NCBI GenBank assembly: GCA_963665275.2
Contig: CAXXIN010000018.1
Span: 352,001-416,000, forward strand
DNA from: Negativicutes bacterium
GTDB lineage: Bacteria; Bacillota; Negativicutes; UBA1444
Direction of reading: 5' to 3'
DNA: 64,000 nt
Shown: piece by piece, positions 1 through 10,480 of the stretch
Position numbering within the stretch: position 1 is the stretch's first letter
Layout of the letters: every line of letters begins with the position of its first letter
Program-made: the position numbers and the translations under genes
Notes under the pieces: model-generated
Seen by the model: only the letters and a program-made list of their open reading frames with translations
Told to the model about the DNA's origin: nothing
The model's database searches: none

Positions 1-1
1 T

Positions 2-141
2 ATCGATGGCTTTGGCTGGGGACACGGCATCGGACTCTCTCAGTGGGGCGCTAAAACTCTGGCGGAAAAGGCGATCAACCCTGCTCCCGATTATTATATT
101 TCAATTTTAAAACATTACTATCAAGGAGTATCAATAGACAA

Positions 142-151
<10 letters not shown>
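2..151 (+). CDS. SpoIID/LytB domain protein, 3' end only (truncated by window)
   Basis: Manual translation IDGFGWGHGIGLSQWGAKTLA...ILKHYYQG..KWY*; GxGHGxGLSQWGA and IL.HYY.G are the SpoIID/LytB C-terminal motifs; usual position upstream of queA. Confidence 0.85.
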
Positions 152-2303
<2,152 letters not shown>

Positions 2304-2304
2304 T

Positions 2305-2332
2305 GCAGGAATCTACCATTGGTCCGTTGAAT
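2305..2332 (+). promoter_or_regulatory. sigma-H-like promoter upstream of yajC
   Basis: GCAGGAATC-N12-GTTGAAT fits RnAGGAwWW-N11/12-RnnGAAT closely. Confidence 0.5.
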
Positions 2333-2356
2333 AGTCATAAAGATAAAATATAAGGA

Positions 2357-2677
2357 GTGAGACATTTGCCTTCCATTTCTCCTGAAATTGATCAATTTAT
2401 CCAAGGATCATGGCCGTTGATATTAATGGCAATCGTATTCTATTTTATTCTGTGGCGGCCGCAAAAAAAAGAACAGAAAAAACGCAGCGAGTTTCTGTCC
2501 AGTCTGAAAAAAGGCGACAAGATCGTAACTATCGGCGGAATGTATGGTGTGATTATCCGTTTGAATGACAAATCAGCAACGATTCAAATTGCGGATAAAA
2601 TCGAAGTAGAAGTCGCCCGGACTGCTATCAGTCACCAACAACCCCCTCGTGGCAACGGTACTCCAGCGGAAAAATAG
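2357..2677 (+). CDS. yajC: preprotein translocase subunit YajC
   Basis: single TM helix then RPQKK, LKKGDKIVTIGGMYG; follows tgt. Confidence 0.95.
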   Translation: MRHLPSISPEIDQFIQGSWPLILMAIVFYFILWRPQKKEQKKRSEFLSSLKKGDKIVTIGGMYGVIIRLNDKSATIQIADKIEVEVARTAISHQQPPRGNGTPAEK

Positions 2678-2726
2678 GCACAGTCAGCGTCGACACGCAA
2701 AAACTCGGTTCGACATGGCGGATTTG

Positions 2727-2766
2727 GGCAAAATGTGCCGGTCAAGGCAGCATTTTGTCTTTTTTT
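2727..2766 (+). terminator. probable intrinsic terminator after yajC
   Basis: imperfect stem GGCAAAATGTGCC/GGCAGCATTTTGTC followed by a T run. Confidence 0.5.
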
Positions 2767-2805
2767 GCATCGAACGGGAGCAATGGTAGTCATCCATTTT
2801 GAAGA

Positions 2806-3525
2806 TTGTGGGATGATGGATTGGAAATTCTGATTGGGATTGCAAAAATCAATAAGCATGACAATTCCGGACGCGGCGATGGCGTAGCGGTCATAGAGCG
2901 ATCCTCCGGCGGCATCACCGCGATTCTGGCAGACGGGCATGGCGGCAGTCGCTCTGTGAGCGGCATCAGCACCATGGCTGCACTCAAGGCCGCCCAATTT
3001 ATTGCGGATGGAGTGAGGGATGGCTCTGTAGCCCGATCTGTTTTTGACTATTTTTCCGCAGTACAAGACGGGAATTTTTCGATTGCCATGACCCTAATGA
3101 GTGCAGATCTGGAAACAGGAAATCTGATCATTTGCCGCAACACGAATTGTGCGACAATGGTCCGCCATGAATTTGGTGTTGATATTTATGACGAACCGGC
3201 GCAATCGATAGGCGCTCATAAAAATGCGAAGTCCTTGACAATTCAAAGGCCGCTGGAAGAGGGAATGATTGTTGCGGCATTTTCCGATGGGTTGCTGAAT
3301 GCGGGCCGCAAGCGCGGGCGAGTTTTTGATTTGAAAACCGTGGTCCAACTCTTGGAGAACAGCCGACCGGAGGATGCGCAGTATCTTGCGGAATCTATAC
3401 TGGATAGAGCGCTGGCTCTTGATTCTTATCAGGCAACGGACCACATGACGGTGATTGTCATGGGCGTAGATGAAAAAACACCGGAAAACAAGGTCGAATG
3501 TCGAACGGTAAAGTATACGGCATGA
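2806..3525 (+). CDS. PP2C/SpoIIE-family Ser/Thr phosphatase domain protein
   Basis: GD, LADGHG, FSDGL, DHMTVIV motifs of PPM phosphatases. Confidence 0.8.
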   Translation: MWDDGLEILIGIAKINKHDNSGRGDGVAVIERSSGGITAILADGHGGSRSVSGISTMAALKAAQFIADGVRDGSVARSVFDYFSAVQDGNFSIAMTLMSADLETGNLIICRNTNCATMVRHEFGVDIYDEPAQSIGAHKNAKSLTIQRPLEEGMIVAAFSDGLLNAGRKRGRVFDLKTVVQLLENSRPEDAQYLAESILDRALALDSYQATDHMTVIVMGVDEKTPENKVECRTVKYTA

Positions 3526-3556
3526 ATCATGAACTATTTCAGAATTGCCGTTTTCA

Positions 3557-3586
3557 TTGACACTCCGCCAGACTAGAGACTATAAT
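3557..3586 (+). promoter_or_regulatory. sigma-A promoter of secDF
   Basis: TTGACA-N18-TATAAT. Confidence 0.7.
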
Positions 3587-3624
3587 AATCATGTTTGAAT
3601 TTAGAACGGTTAGGGGGAAAAGAC

Positions 3625-4830
3625 TTGAGACCGGCAGAACTAACTAAATTTTTGGCCGTAGTAGCTGTCATCCTGCTCGTCTGTGGCTACTACATCACCC
3701 CGCTCGCAATGTCTGTCAAGCAGGGGCTTGATTTGCAAGGCGGCACGCACGTGGTGCTGGAAGCAGTCGACACACCGGAAGCAAAAGTGGATGAGGATGC
3801 TGTCAAACGTGTTCTCAAAGTTATCGAAAAACGTATCAATGAACTGGGACTGACCGAACCTGTAGTCCAACGCCAGGGTGAACGTCGGATCATCGTCGAG
3901 CTGCCTGGGGTCAAAGATCCCGAGAAAGCCATCGAGATGATTGGCAAAACTGCTTTATTGGAGTTTCAGGATGAAGCCGGCGTGACACATCTAACAGGTA
4001 AGGATCTGAAAGATGCAAAAGCCCAGATCGATCAGGCCAAACAGAACCTTATCGCACTGGAATTTTCGGAGCAGGGCGGCAAGAAATTTGGCGAACTGAC
4101 CAGTAAAAATGTGGGTAAACATATCGCGATCCTGCTTGATAAACAGGTGCTTACCAACCCTGTTGTCAATGAGCCGATCATGGGCGGCAAGGCCGTCATC
4201 ACCGGCAATAAAACAATTGAAGAAGCTGAACGCATAGCGATCCTGCTTCGATCCGGTTCACTGCCGGTCAAAGTAGAGATTTTGGAAACCCGTACCGTTG
4301 GACCGACCTTGGGCGACGATAGCAAGGAAAAAAGCAAAGTGGCTTTTACGGTCGGCACGATTCTGATTGTGGTCTTTATGCTTTTGTATTATCGACTGGC
4401 TGGCTTTGTTGCTAATGTAAGCTTGTTCCTGTATGTCGTGTTGCTGTTGATATGTCTCAAAATGCTCAACGCTACGCTGACACTGCCAGGTATCGCCGGT
4501 ATCATACTTTCGATGGGTATGGCTGTCGATGCCAACGTTCTGATCTTTGAGCGATTCAAAGAGGAGCATCGGGCAGGTAAAACTCTTCGGGCCTCTATGG
4601 ATGCGGGATTCACTCGTGCATTTGCGACAATATTCGATTCCAATATGACGACGTTATTCGCGACCGTTATCCTGTTTTTCCTGGGTACCGGCCCCATTAA
4701 AGGGTTTGCGGTTACGCTGACGCTGGGCATTGTGCTCAGTATGTTTACAGCCATCACAATCACAAAGATTCTGCTAAAAATGCTGATGAACGCCAGCATG
4801 TTTAAAAGCGGCAAAGCTTATGGGGCGTAG
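3625..4830 (+). CDS. secD: protein translocase subunit SecD
   Basis: GLDLQGG, LRSGSLP, VGPTLG, GMAVDANVLIFER; TTG start after AGGGGG RBS (ORF track starts 3595). Confidence 0.96.
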   Translation: MRPAELTKFLAVVAVILLVCGYYITPLAMSVKQGLDLQGGTHVVLEAVDTPEAKVDEDAVKRVLKVIEKRINELGLTEPVVQRQGERRIIVELPGVKDPEKAIEMIGKTALLEFQDEAGVTHLTGKDLKDAKAQIDQAKQNLIALEFSEQGGKKFGELTSKNVGKHIAILLDKQVLTNPVVNEPIMGGKAVITGNKTIEEAERIAILLRSGSLPVKVEILETRTVGPTLGDDSKEKSKVAFTVGTILIVVFMLLYYRLAGFVANVSLFLYVVLLLICLKMLNATLTLPGIAGIILSMGMAVDANVLIFERFKEEHRAGKTLRASMDAGFTRAFATIFDSNMTTLFATVILFFLGTGPIKGFAVTLTLGIVLSMFTAITITKILLKMLMNASMFKSGKAYGA

Positions 4831-4842
4831 GGGGTGGATGGT

Positions 4843-5748
4843 ATGAAATTTTCTATTATTAAACATCGGTACTGGTTTTTTGCACTCTCGCTCCTGATTA
4901 TTTTGCCGGGTCTTTTTTCCATCATTACCCGAGGCTTTAATCTGGGGATTGATTTTACTGGCGGCACGCTGATTGATCTCAAATTTGACAAACCGGTCAC
5001 AGTCGTACAGGTCAGAGCTGTATTGGCGGATTATAAGCTGGAGAACAGTGTCGTTCAGCTGGCCGCGACAGAAAAAACCGATGCGGCGCCCAATGTGTTA
5101 ATTCGTACTCATACACTGAATGAGACGGATCGAAAAGCCGTTTTGGATGGTTTCGCAACCAAAATCGGCAAATATGATGTCATGCGAGTCGAAAAAGTTG
5201 GAGCTACGATCGGCGCTGAGCTGACGCGTGACGCGATCATTGCTTTGCTTCTGTCATGGCTGGCAATGATTGGGTATATCTCCTATCGATTTGAATATCG
5301 ATTCGGGGTTGCAGGAATTATTTCGCTGATTCATGATGTATTCGTGGTATTAGGTATATTCTCTTTGCTGCAGAAAGAAATTGATGCTTCGTTTGTAGCC
5401 GCCTTGCTGACAATTGTCGGTTACTCCATTAACGATACGATCGTTATTTTTGACCGAATCCGTGAGAATATGAAGAAAATGAAAAAGGGCGAGACCTTAT
5501 CCGAAATGGTTGATCACAGCATTTTGCAGACTATGACCCGTTCTATCTATACCGTAATGACGGTTTTGTTTGCAACCGGCGCATTGTATTTTCTTGGCGG
5601 CGAAACAACCAAGGACTTTTCACTCGCATTGCTGATAGGCTTTGTGTCAGGCATGTATTCGTCAATTTTCAATGCCAGCCCGATCTGGTATATGTGGAAA
5701 GAACATGACGAGCGTAAACGACTGGAACACAAAATGCGCCCAGCGTAG
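4843..5748 (+). CDS. secF: protein translocase subunit SecF
   Basis: GIDFTGG, HD, GYSINDTIVIFDRIRE. Confidence 0.96.
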   Translation: MKFSIIKHRYWFFALSLLIILPGLFSIITRGFNLGIDFTGGTLIDLKFDKPVTVVQVRAVLADYKLENSVVQLAATEKTDAAPNVLIRTHTLNETDRKAVLDGFATKIGKYDVMRVEKVGATIGAELTRDAIIALLLSWLAMIGYISYRFEYRFGVAGIISLIHDVFVVLGIFSLLQKEIDASFVAALLTIVGYSINDTIVIFDRIRENMKKMKKGETLSEMVDHSILQTMTRSIYTVMTVLFATGALYFLGGETTKDFSLALLIGFVSGMYSSIFNASPIWYMWKEHDERKRLEHKMRPA

Positions 5749-5764
5749 CCGATCCAAGTTCGCA

Positions 5765-5799
5765 AGGAGGTTCGGGTTTTACCCGGGCCTCTTCTTTTT
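5765..5799 (+). terminator. intrinsic terminator after secF
   Basis: AGGAGGTTCGGGT-TT-ACCCGGGCCTCTT stem followed by T run. Confidence 0.65.
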
Positions 5800-5839
5800 T
5801 AAATTATGCTAAAAAATATTTTTAAAAGCAGCAGGAATT

Positions 5840-5886
5840 CCACAATATATTGCGTATAATAGTATGGGGAATACAACATGTGCTTG
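5840..5886 (+). promoter_or_regulatory. tandem NrdR boxes flanking a TATAAT -10 element
   Basis: CCACAATATATTGCGT (5840-5855) matches acaCwAtATaTwGtgt; weaker ATACAACATGTG.. starts 31 bp later; TATAAT at 5855-5860. Confidence 0.7.
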
Positions 5887-5901
5887 AGGGAGTGGTGCGA
5901 A

Positions 5902-6390
5902 TTGAGATGTCCTTTCTGTGATTTTTCTGACAGCAAGGTAATTGATTCTCGGGCAGCTGAGGAAGGAAATTCGATTCGGCGGCGCCGCGAATGCCTCCAA
6001 TGCACAAAACGATTTACCACTTATGAAATGTTGGAAGATCTGCCTCTGCGTGTAATCAAAAAAGATGGGAGGCGAACGGCTTTTGATAGATCCAAAATTC
6101 TTAGTGGACTGATGAAAGCTTGTGAAAAACGGCCAATTTCCATGAAAACGCTGGAGGAAATTACTGACAAAGTAGAGAAAGAGCTGAGAAATTCAATGGA
6201 GCGCGAAATTCCATCAAGAGTCATTGGCGAAGTGCTGATGAAGCATCTGAAAGACCTGGATCATGTGGCATATGTACGTTTTGCATCTGTTTACAGGGAA
6301 TTTACGGACATCGACCATTTCATGCAGGAGCTGGAAACCTTGAAAAAAAAGACGGAGCCTCAATCGATTCTGCAAGAAGGTGTGAAATAA
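5902..6390 (+). CDS. nrdR: transcriptional repressor NrdR
   Basis: CPFC..DSR..RRRREC..C..RFTTYE zinc ribbon, ATP cone, VAYVRFASVY. Confidence 0.97.
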   Translation: MRCPFCDFSDSKVIDSRAAEEGNSIRRRRECLQCTKRFTTYEMLEDLPLRVIKKDGRRTAFDRSKILSGLMKACEKRPISMKTLEEITDKVEKELRNSMEREIPSRVIGEVLMKHLKDLDHVAYVRFASVYREFTDIDHFMQELETLKKKTEPQSILQEGVK

Positions 6391-6391
6391 G

Positions 6392-9300
6392 ATGTTAACA
6401 ACGATCAGAAAGCGCGACGGGCGCGACGCTTCCTTTGATCCAAACAAAATAACGGAAGCGATCTATAAGGCCGCGCAATCAGTGGGCGGATCCGATCGCG
6501 AAATGGCTATGGAATTAACGCTTGACGTGCTGCGCGTCCTCAGGCAGAAATATAATGGCTATGGCTGCGGCGTGGAAGAAGTGCAGGACATGGTAGAAAA
6601 GGTCTTGATTGAGCGTGGACACGCTAAAACCGCCAAAGCTTACATTTTGTACCGATCGCAAAGGAGCCGAATCCGAGAAGGCAAGTCGGGGCTCATGGAT
6701 GCGGTGCAGGATATTCTGGTGGAAACAAGTAGAGATAATGCCAACGTTTCCAATTCGCCCTCCGCGAAGATGCTGCAAATCGCCAGCGCCGCCAGCAAGG
6801 CATATTATCTGACTCGTATGATCCCGGAGCATCTGTCACAGGCGCATATTCGGGGAGATATACATATTCATGATCTGGATTTCTATGGAAAAACGCTAAA
6901 TTGCGTTCAGATTCCTCTGGGGCGGCTATTGAAGGAAGGGTTCAATAACGGTCACGGCTATATTCGCCCGCCGAAACGTCCTGCTTCCGCTACTGCGTTG
7001 GCAGCAATTATTTTGCAGTCATCTCAAAATGATATGTACGGCGGTCAAAGCTTCGCATATTTTGACAGGGATATGGCCCCTTTCATGAAGGGGGTCGATG
7101 ATAATGAAGTTTTTCAGTCCATGGAGGCTTTGATTTACAATCTGAACTCAATGCACTCGCTGCCTGGTGATGAAAGAATCTGGGTGTACGACCGGCTTGA
7201 GTCCCGTCTGGAAACAATTTCGTTGGAGGACTTTCACCTTAAATTCGAACCTAGCCGCTTTGCAGCCATGAGCCTGAACTATGAGACCGGCCGCACGGAG
7301 CTCAAAGAAATTACAGATTCCATGAAGCACTACAATTTCAACCGCATTTTACGTCTCAATCTCAAGAGCGGTCAATCTGTTGCTGTAACTGACAATCATT
7401 CTGTCATGACCCTTGATAATTCGGGTAAAGTTGTCACCGCTCACCCCGAAGCACTACGGTCTGGTCTGGTCCCGGCAAAATGGGAACCAGAGACGCAGCG
7501 GCATATGTACGATTTGCGCTCCTATCCCGCATCTAGGCGATATCCGGTTGATGCGGTAGAGTTGGATGAAAATCTGGCTCGTTTCTTTGGGTATTATGTG
7601 GCGGGCGGGTCTTCAGCGGAAGCCGAACTTACAGGAAAACATTGCGACAAAACCACCGAGATGAGTGTCACGGGAGTGCTACGCAAGCTGAATCCCCGCT
7701 TTACCGCTGAATTAAGGATGGCCCGTGATAGTAAAAATGGCGATCTGGTATGTCGTGTAGGCACCCGATTTGCCTCTTTTGTCCGTGAGGTTTGTGGAAC
7801 AGGGATCACTACGAAACGAGTACCGACGGAAATTTTCTTTGCTTCTGAATCTGTCATCCGTTCTTTCCTCGATGGCTTTTTCAGTGTCCACTCCGGTGAA
7901 TTCTGTCAGCAGCAACAAGTGGGTGCGACTTATTCCCGCGAATTGCGGGATGGAATTTGGCTGTTGCTTACCCGAGTGGGCGTTGTATCTTCCCTTTCAC
8001 AGGCAACGCTGACTTCCAGTAGTCTCGCGGCAGTCGGTAACTATTATCGCATTGCCACTTCGACGTCGAAGGGTCGGGATGTTTTCCAAGTGCTTCCTGA
8101 CGAAACACCGTTTGATTACGAATATCTTCGCCCACTTCTCAAGGAAGTTTGCGGTGAATTGTTTGCGGAGTCAGGATCTGATGGGATTGGGCCTGAACAG
8201 GTTCACTCATGGGCGACTGACCTTGCGGATAGGATACTGACAGAATCGGAACAAGTGCGCCTGGAAGAACTTGTAGGGATCAGACCGGAAATTTTGACGC
8301 TGACAGGTTTTGAAGCGCCGTTACGGTTCGGAGAACTCTTTTCGCGTTTGTTGCTCACTGATACAACCGGTTCGGATGGTGAGGAGAGCTCTATCGTTGC
8401 CACCGCGCAGGTGCAATGCTGGGCGCAAACACTTTTGACTCAAAATAAAGCGCTTCAGGATCTTTTGTCTGTTCTCCAGCGCGCGACGCAGATGTATCCC
8501 ATCGCCGTCGATTCGATATCCGAACAACCAATGGAGCGATATGTATATGATATTTCTGTTGCCGGCAATGAGAACTTTCTTACATCGCAGGGAATCTTCG
8601 TTCATAACTCGCGTGCTGGCGCCCAGGTCCCCTTTTCAAGCTTGAATGTGGGAACTGAAACGACTCCAGAAGGCCGGGCGGTTACCCGAAACCTGCTTCT
8701 TGCTTATGAGAAGGGCCTCGGAAAAGGAGAAAACCCGATTTTTCCAAATGTGATTTTCCGATTAAAGAAGGGGGTCAATTTTAATCCGGAAGATCCCAAC
8801 TATGATTTGTTCCAGCTGGCGATTCGGGTCGCTTCCAAACGGCTGAACCCGACGTTCAGTTTCATGGATTCTTCTTTTAATAAACCCTATGGTACGGATG
8901 TTTCCTATATGGGTTGCAGGACCAGGGTTATCGCGAACGTGAATGGACCGGCCGTTACCGACGGACGGGGAAATTTAAGCTTTACCACCATCAATCTTCC
9001 ACGGATCGCTATTAAATCCGAGCGCAACCTCATGAAGTTCTATCAACAGCTTGACGAGATGTTGGATTTGATCTGCGAACAACTGTATCACCGATTCCAG
9101 GTACAGGGGGCTCTGAAGGTAAGGGATATGCCGTTCCTGATGGGGCAGGGTTTGTACCTGGATTCAGAAAAACTGTCAAAGGATGATACTGTTGAGTCCG
9201 TCATCAAACACGGAACGCTTTCCATCGGCTTTATCGGCTTGGCGGAAACCTTGGTTAGCCTGACAGGCAGGCATCATGGCGAGAGCGATGAAGCCCAGTC

Positions 9301-9859
9301 ATTGGGCGAAGAAATTGTAGCTTTCATGCGTGACAAGGTGGATCGTGCGATTGAAAAATATCATCAGAATTACACTCTCATCGCCACTCCGGCAGAAGGC
9401 CTTTCCGGCCGGTTTGTCAAGATGGATCGCAAAGAATATGGAATTATTCCCGGAGTGACTGATCGTGAATATTATAGTAATTCTTTCCACGTTCCAGTGA
9501 GTTATTCCATCAGCGCCCGTGAAAAAATGCGGCGCGAGGGCGTATATCATAAATATACCAATGCAGGCCATATCAGTTATGTGGAATTCGATGCGCCGCC
9601 TATTCATAATCCCAAGGCGGTTGAAGACATCCTGCGCTGTATGTCCGATTCGGACATTGGTTATGCCGGGATCAACTTTCCGGTTGATTTCTGTGATTCC
9701 TGCGGCCATATCGGCGTGATCTCATCGGATTGCTGCCCGGCCTGTGGCGCCGGCACTGTCCGGCGGGTAAGGAGAATCACCGGTTACCTTTCCACCATTG
9801 AGCGTTTCAATGATCCTAAACAAGCTGAGCTGCTTAACCGTGTATCTCATTTCAAATAG
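6392..9859 (+). CDS. nrdD: anaerobic (class III) ribonucleoside-triphosphate reductase, intein-containing precursor
   Basis: N-terminal ATP cone, IHIHDLD, NC and MGCRT cysteines, CxxC..CxxC, glycyl-radical RITGYL; 484-aa in-frame insertion. Confidence 0.96.
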   Translation: MLTTIRKRDGRDASFDPNKITEAIYKAAQSVGGSDREMAMELTLDVLRVLRQKYNGYGCGVEEVQDMVEKVLIERGHAKTAKAYILYRSQRSRIREGKSGLMDAVQDILVETSRDNANVSNSPSAKMLQIASAASKAYYLTRMIPEHLSQAHIRGDIHIHDLDFYGKTLNCVQIPLGRLLKEGFNNGHGYIRPPKRPASATALAAIILQSSQNDMYGGQSFAYFDRDMAPFMKGVDDNEVFQSMEALIYNLNSMHSLPGDERIWVYDRLESRLETISLEDFHLKFEPSRFAAMSLNYETGRTELKEITDSMKHYNFNRILRLNLKSGQSVAVTDNHSVMTLDNSGKVVTAHPEALRSGLVPAKWEPETQRHMYDLRSYPASRRYPVDAVELDENLARFFGYYVAGGSSAEAELTGKHCDKTTEMSVTGVLRKLNPRFTAELRMARDSKNGDLVCRVGTRFASFVREVCGTGITTKRVPTEIFFASESVIRSFLDGFFSVHSGEFCQQQQVGATYSRELRDGIWLLLTRVGVVSSLSQATLTSSSLAAVGNYYRIATSTSKGRDVFQVLPDETPFDYEYLRPLLKEVCGELFAESGSDGIGPEQVHSWATDLADRILTESEQVRLEELVGIRPEILTLTGFEAPLRFGELFSRLLLTDTTGSDGEESSIVATAQVQCWAQTLLTQNKALQDLLSVLQRATQMYPIAVDSISEQPMERYVYDISVAGNENFLTSQGIFVHNSRAGAQVPFSSLNVGTETTPEGRAVTRNLLLAYEKGLGKGENPIFPNVIFRLKKGVNFNPEDPNYDLFQLAIRVASKRLNPTFSFMDSSFNKPYGTDVSYMGCRTRVIANVNGPAVTDGRGNLSFTTINLPRIAIKSERNLMKFYQQLDEMLDLICEQLYHRFQVQGALKVRDMPFLMGQGLYLDSEKLSKDDTVESVIKHGTLSIGFIGLAETLVSLTGRHHGESDEAQSLGEEIVAFMRDKVDRAIEKYHQNYTLIATPAEGLSGRFVKMDRKEYGIIPGVTDREYYSNSFHVPVSYSISAREKMRREGVYHKYTNAGHISYVEFDAPPIHNPKAVEDILRCMSDSDIGYAGINFPVDFCDSCGHIGVISSDCCPACGAGTVRRVRRITGYLSTIERFNDPKQAELLNRVSHFK
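7157..8608 (+). mobile_element. intein (Hint domain plus degenerate LAGLIDADG endonuclease) in NrdD
   Basis: Splits conserved NLNSMH|SRAGAQVPFSS; block A SLPGDERIWV, block B VTDNHSV, block F YVYDISV.GNENF, block G GIFVHN, +1 residue Ser. Confidence 0.93.
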
Positions 9860-9874
9860 CGGGGTGATACGCCT

Positions 9875-10396
9875 ATGCTTTTGAGAATGGCTGGCCTAGT
9901 GCGTGAAAGTGTTGTAGATGGACCTGGTATCCGCATGGTAGTCTTTGTGCAGGGGTGTCCCCATCATTGCCCGGGATGTCATAATCCTGATTCCCATGAT
10001 CCTGCCGGCGGCTATGCTTCCAACACAGAAGAAATAATCGCTGACTTGCCTGACGGTAAATTAGTCACTGGAGTGACGTTGTCCGGCGGCGAACCTTTTG
10101 CTCAGGCGCCGGCTCTGGCTCTGATTGCCGAAGCTGCCAAGAGCAGGGGGCTGTCAGTTGTCACTTATACCGGATATCGGTTTGAAAAACTGCTGGAAAA
10201 AGGGGCGCGGGAACCAGCTGTTGCAGAACTGCTCCAACATACTGACTTATTGGTTGATGGACCTTTCGAACAAGAACGTCGAGACTTGAACCTGGCCTTT
10301 CGCGGCTCGGCGAATCAGCGGCTCATCGATGTTCCCGCATCTTTGCAAGCGGGGCATATCGTTGAATGGGTTGATTCGGGCTGGAGTTACGACTGA
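9875..10396 (+). CDS. nrdG: anaerobic RNR activating radical SAM protein
   Basis: ESVVDGPG.R, QGCPHHCPGCHN, SGGEPF, FRGSANQR. Confidence 0.97.
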   Translation: MLLRMAGLVRESVVDGPGIRMVVFVQGCPHHCPGCHNPDSHDPAGGYASNTEEIIADLPDGKLVTGVTLSGGEPFAQAPALALIAEAAKSRGLSVVTYTGYRFEKLLEKGAREPAVAELLQHTDLLVDGPFEQERRDLNLAFRGSANQRLIDVPASLQAGHIVEWVDSGWSYD

Positions 10397-10416
10397 AAAT
10401 TCTATAGTTAGGATTC

Positions 10417-10454
10417 AGGAAAATCCCTGTTCGCTGTAACAGGGGTTTTCCTTT
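10417..10454 (+). terminator. intrinsic terminator after nrdG
   Basis: AGGAAAATCCCTGT/ACAGGGGTTTTCCT inverted repeat. Confidence 0.65.
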
Positions 10455-10480
10455 AAATGTGGGTGTGACATAATAAGCAT

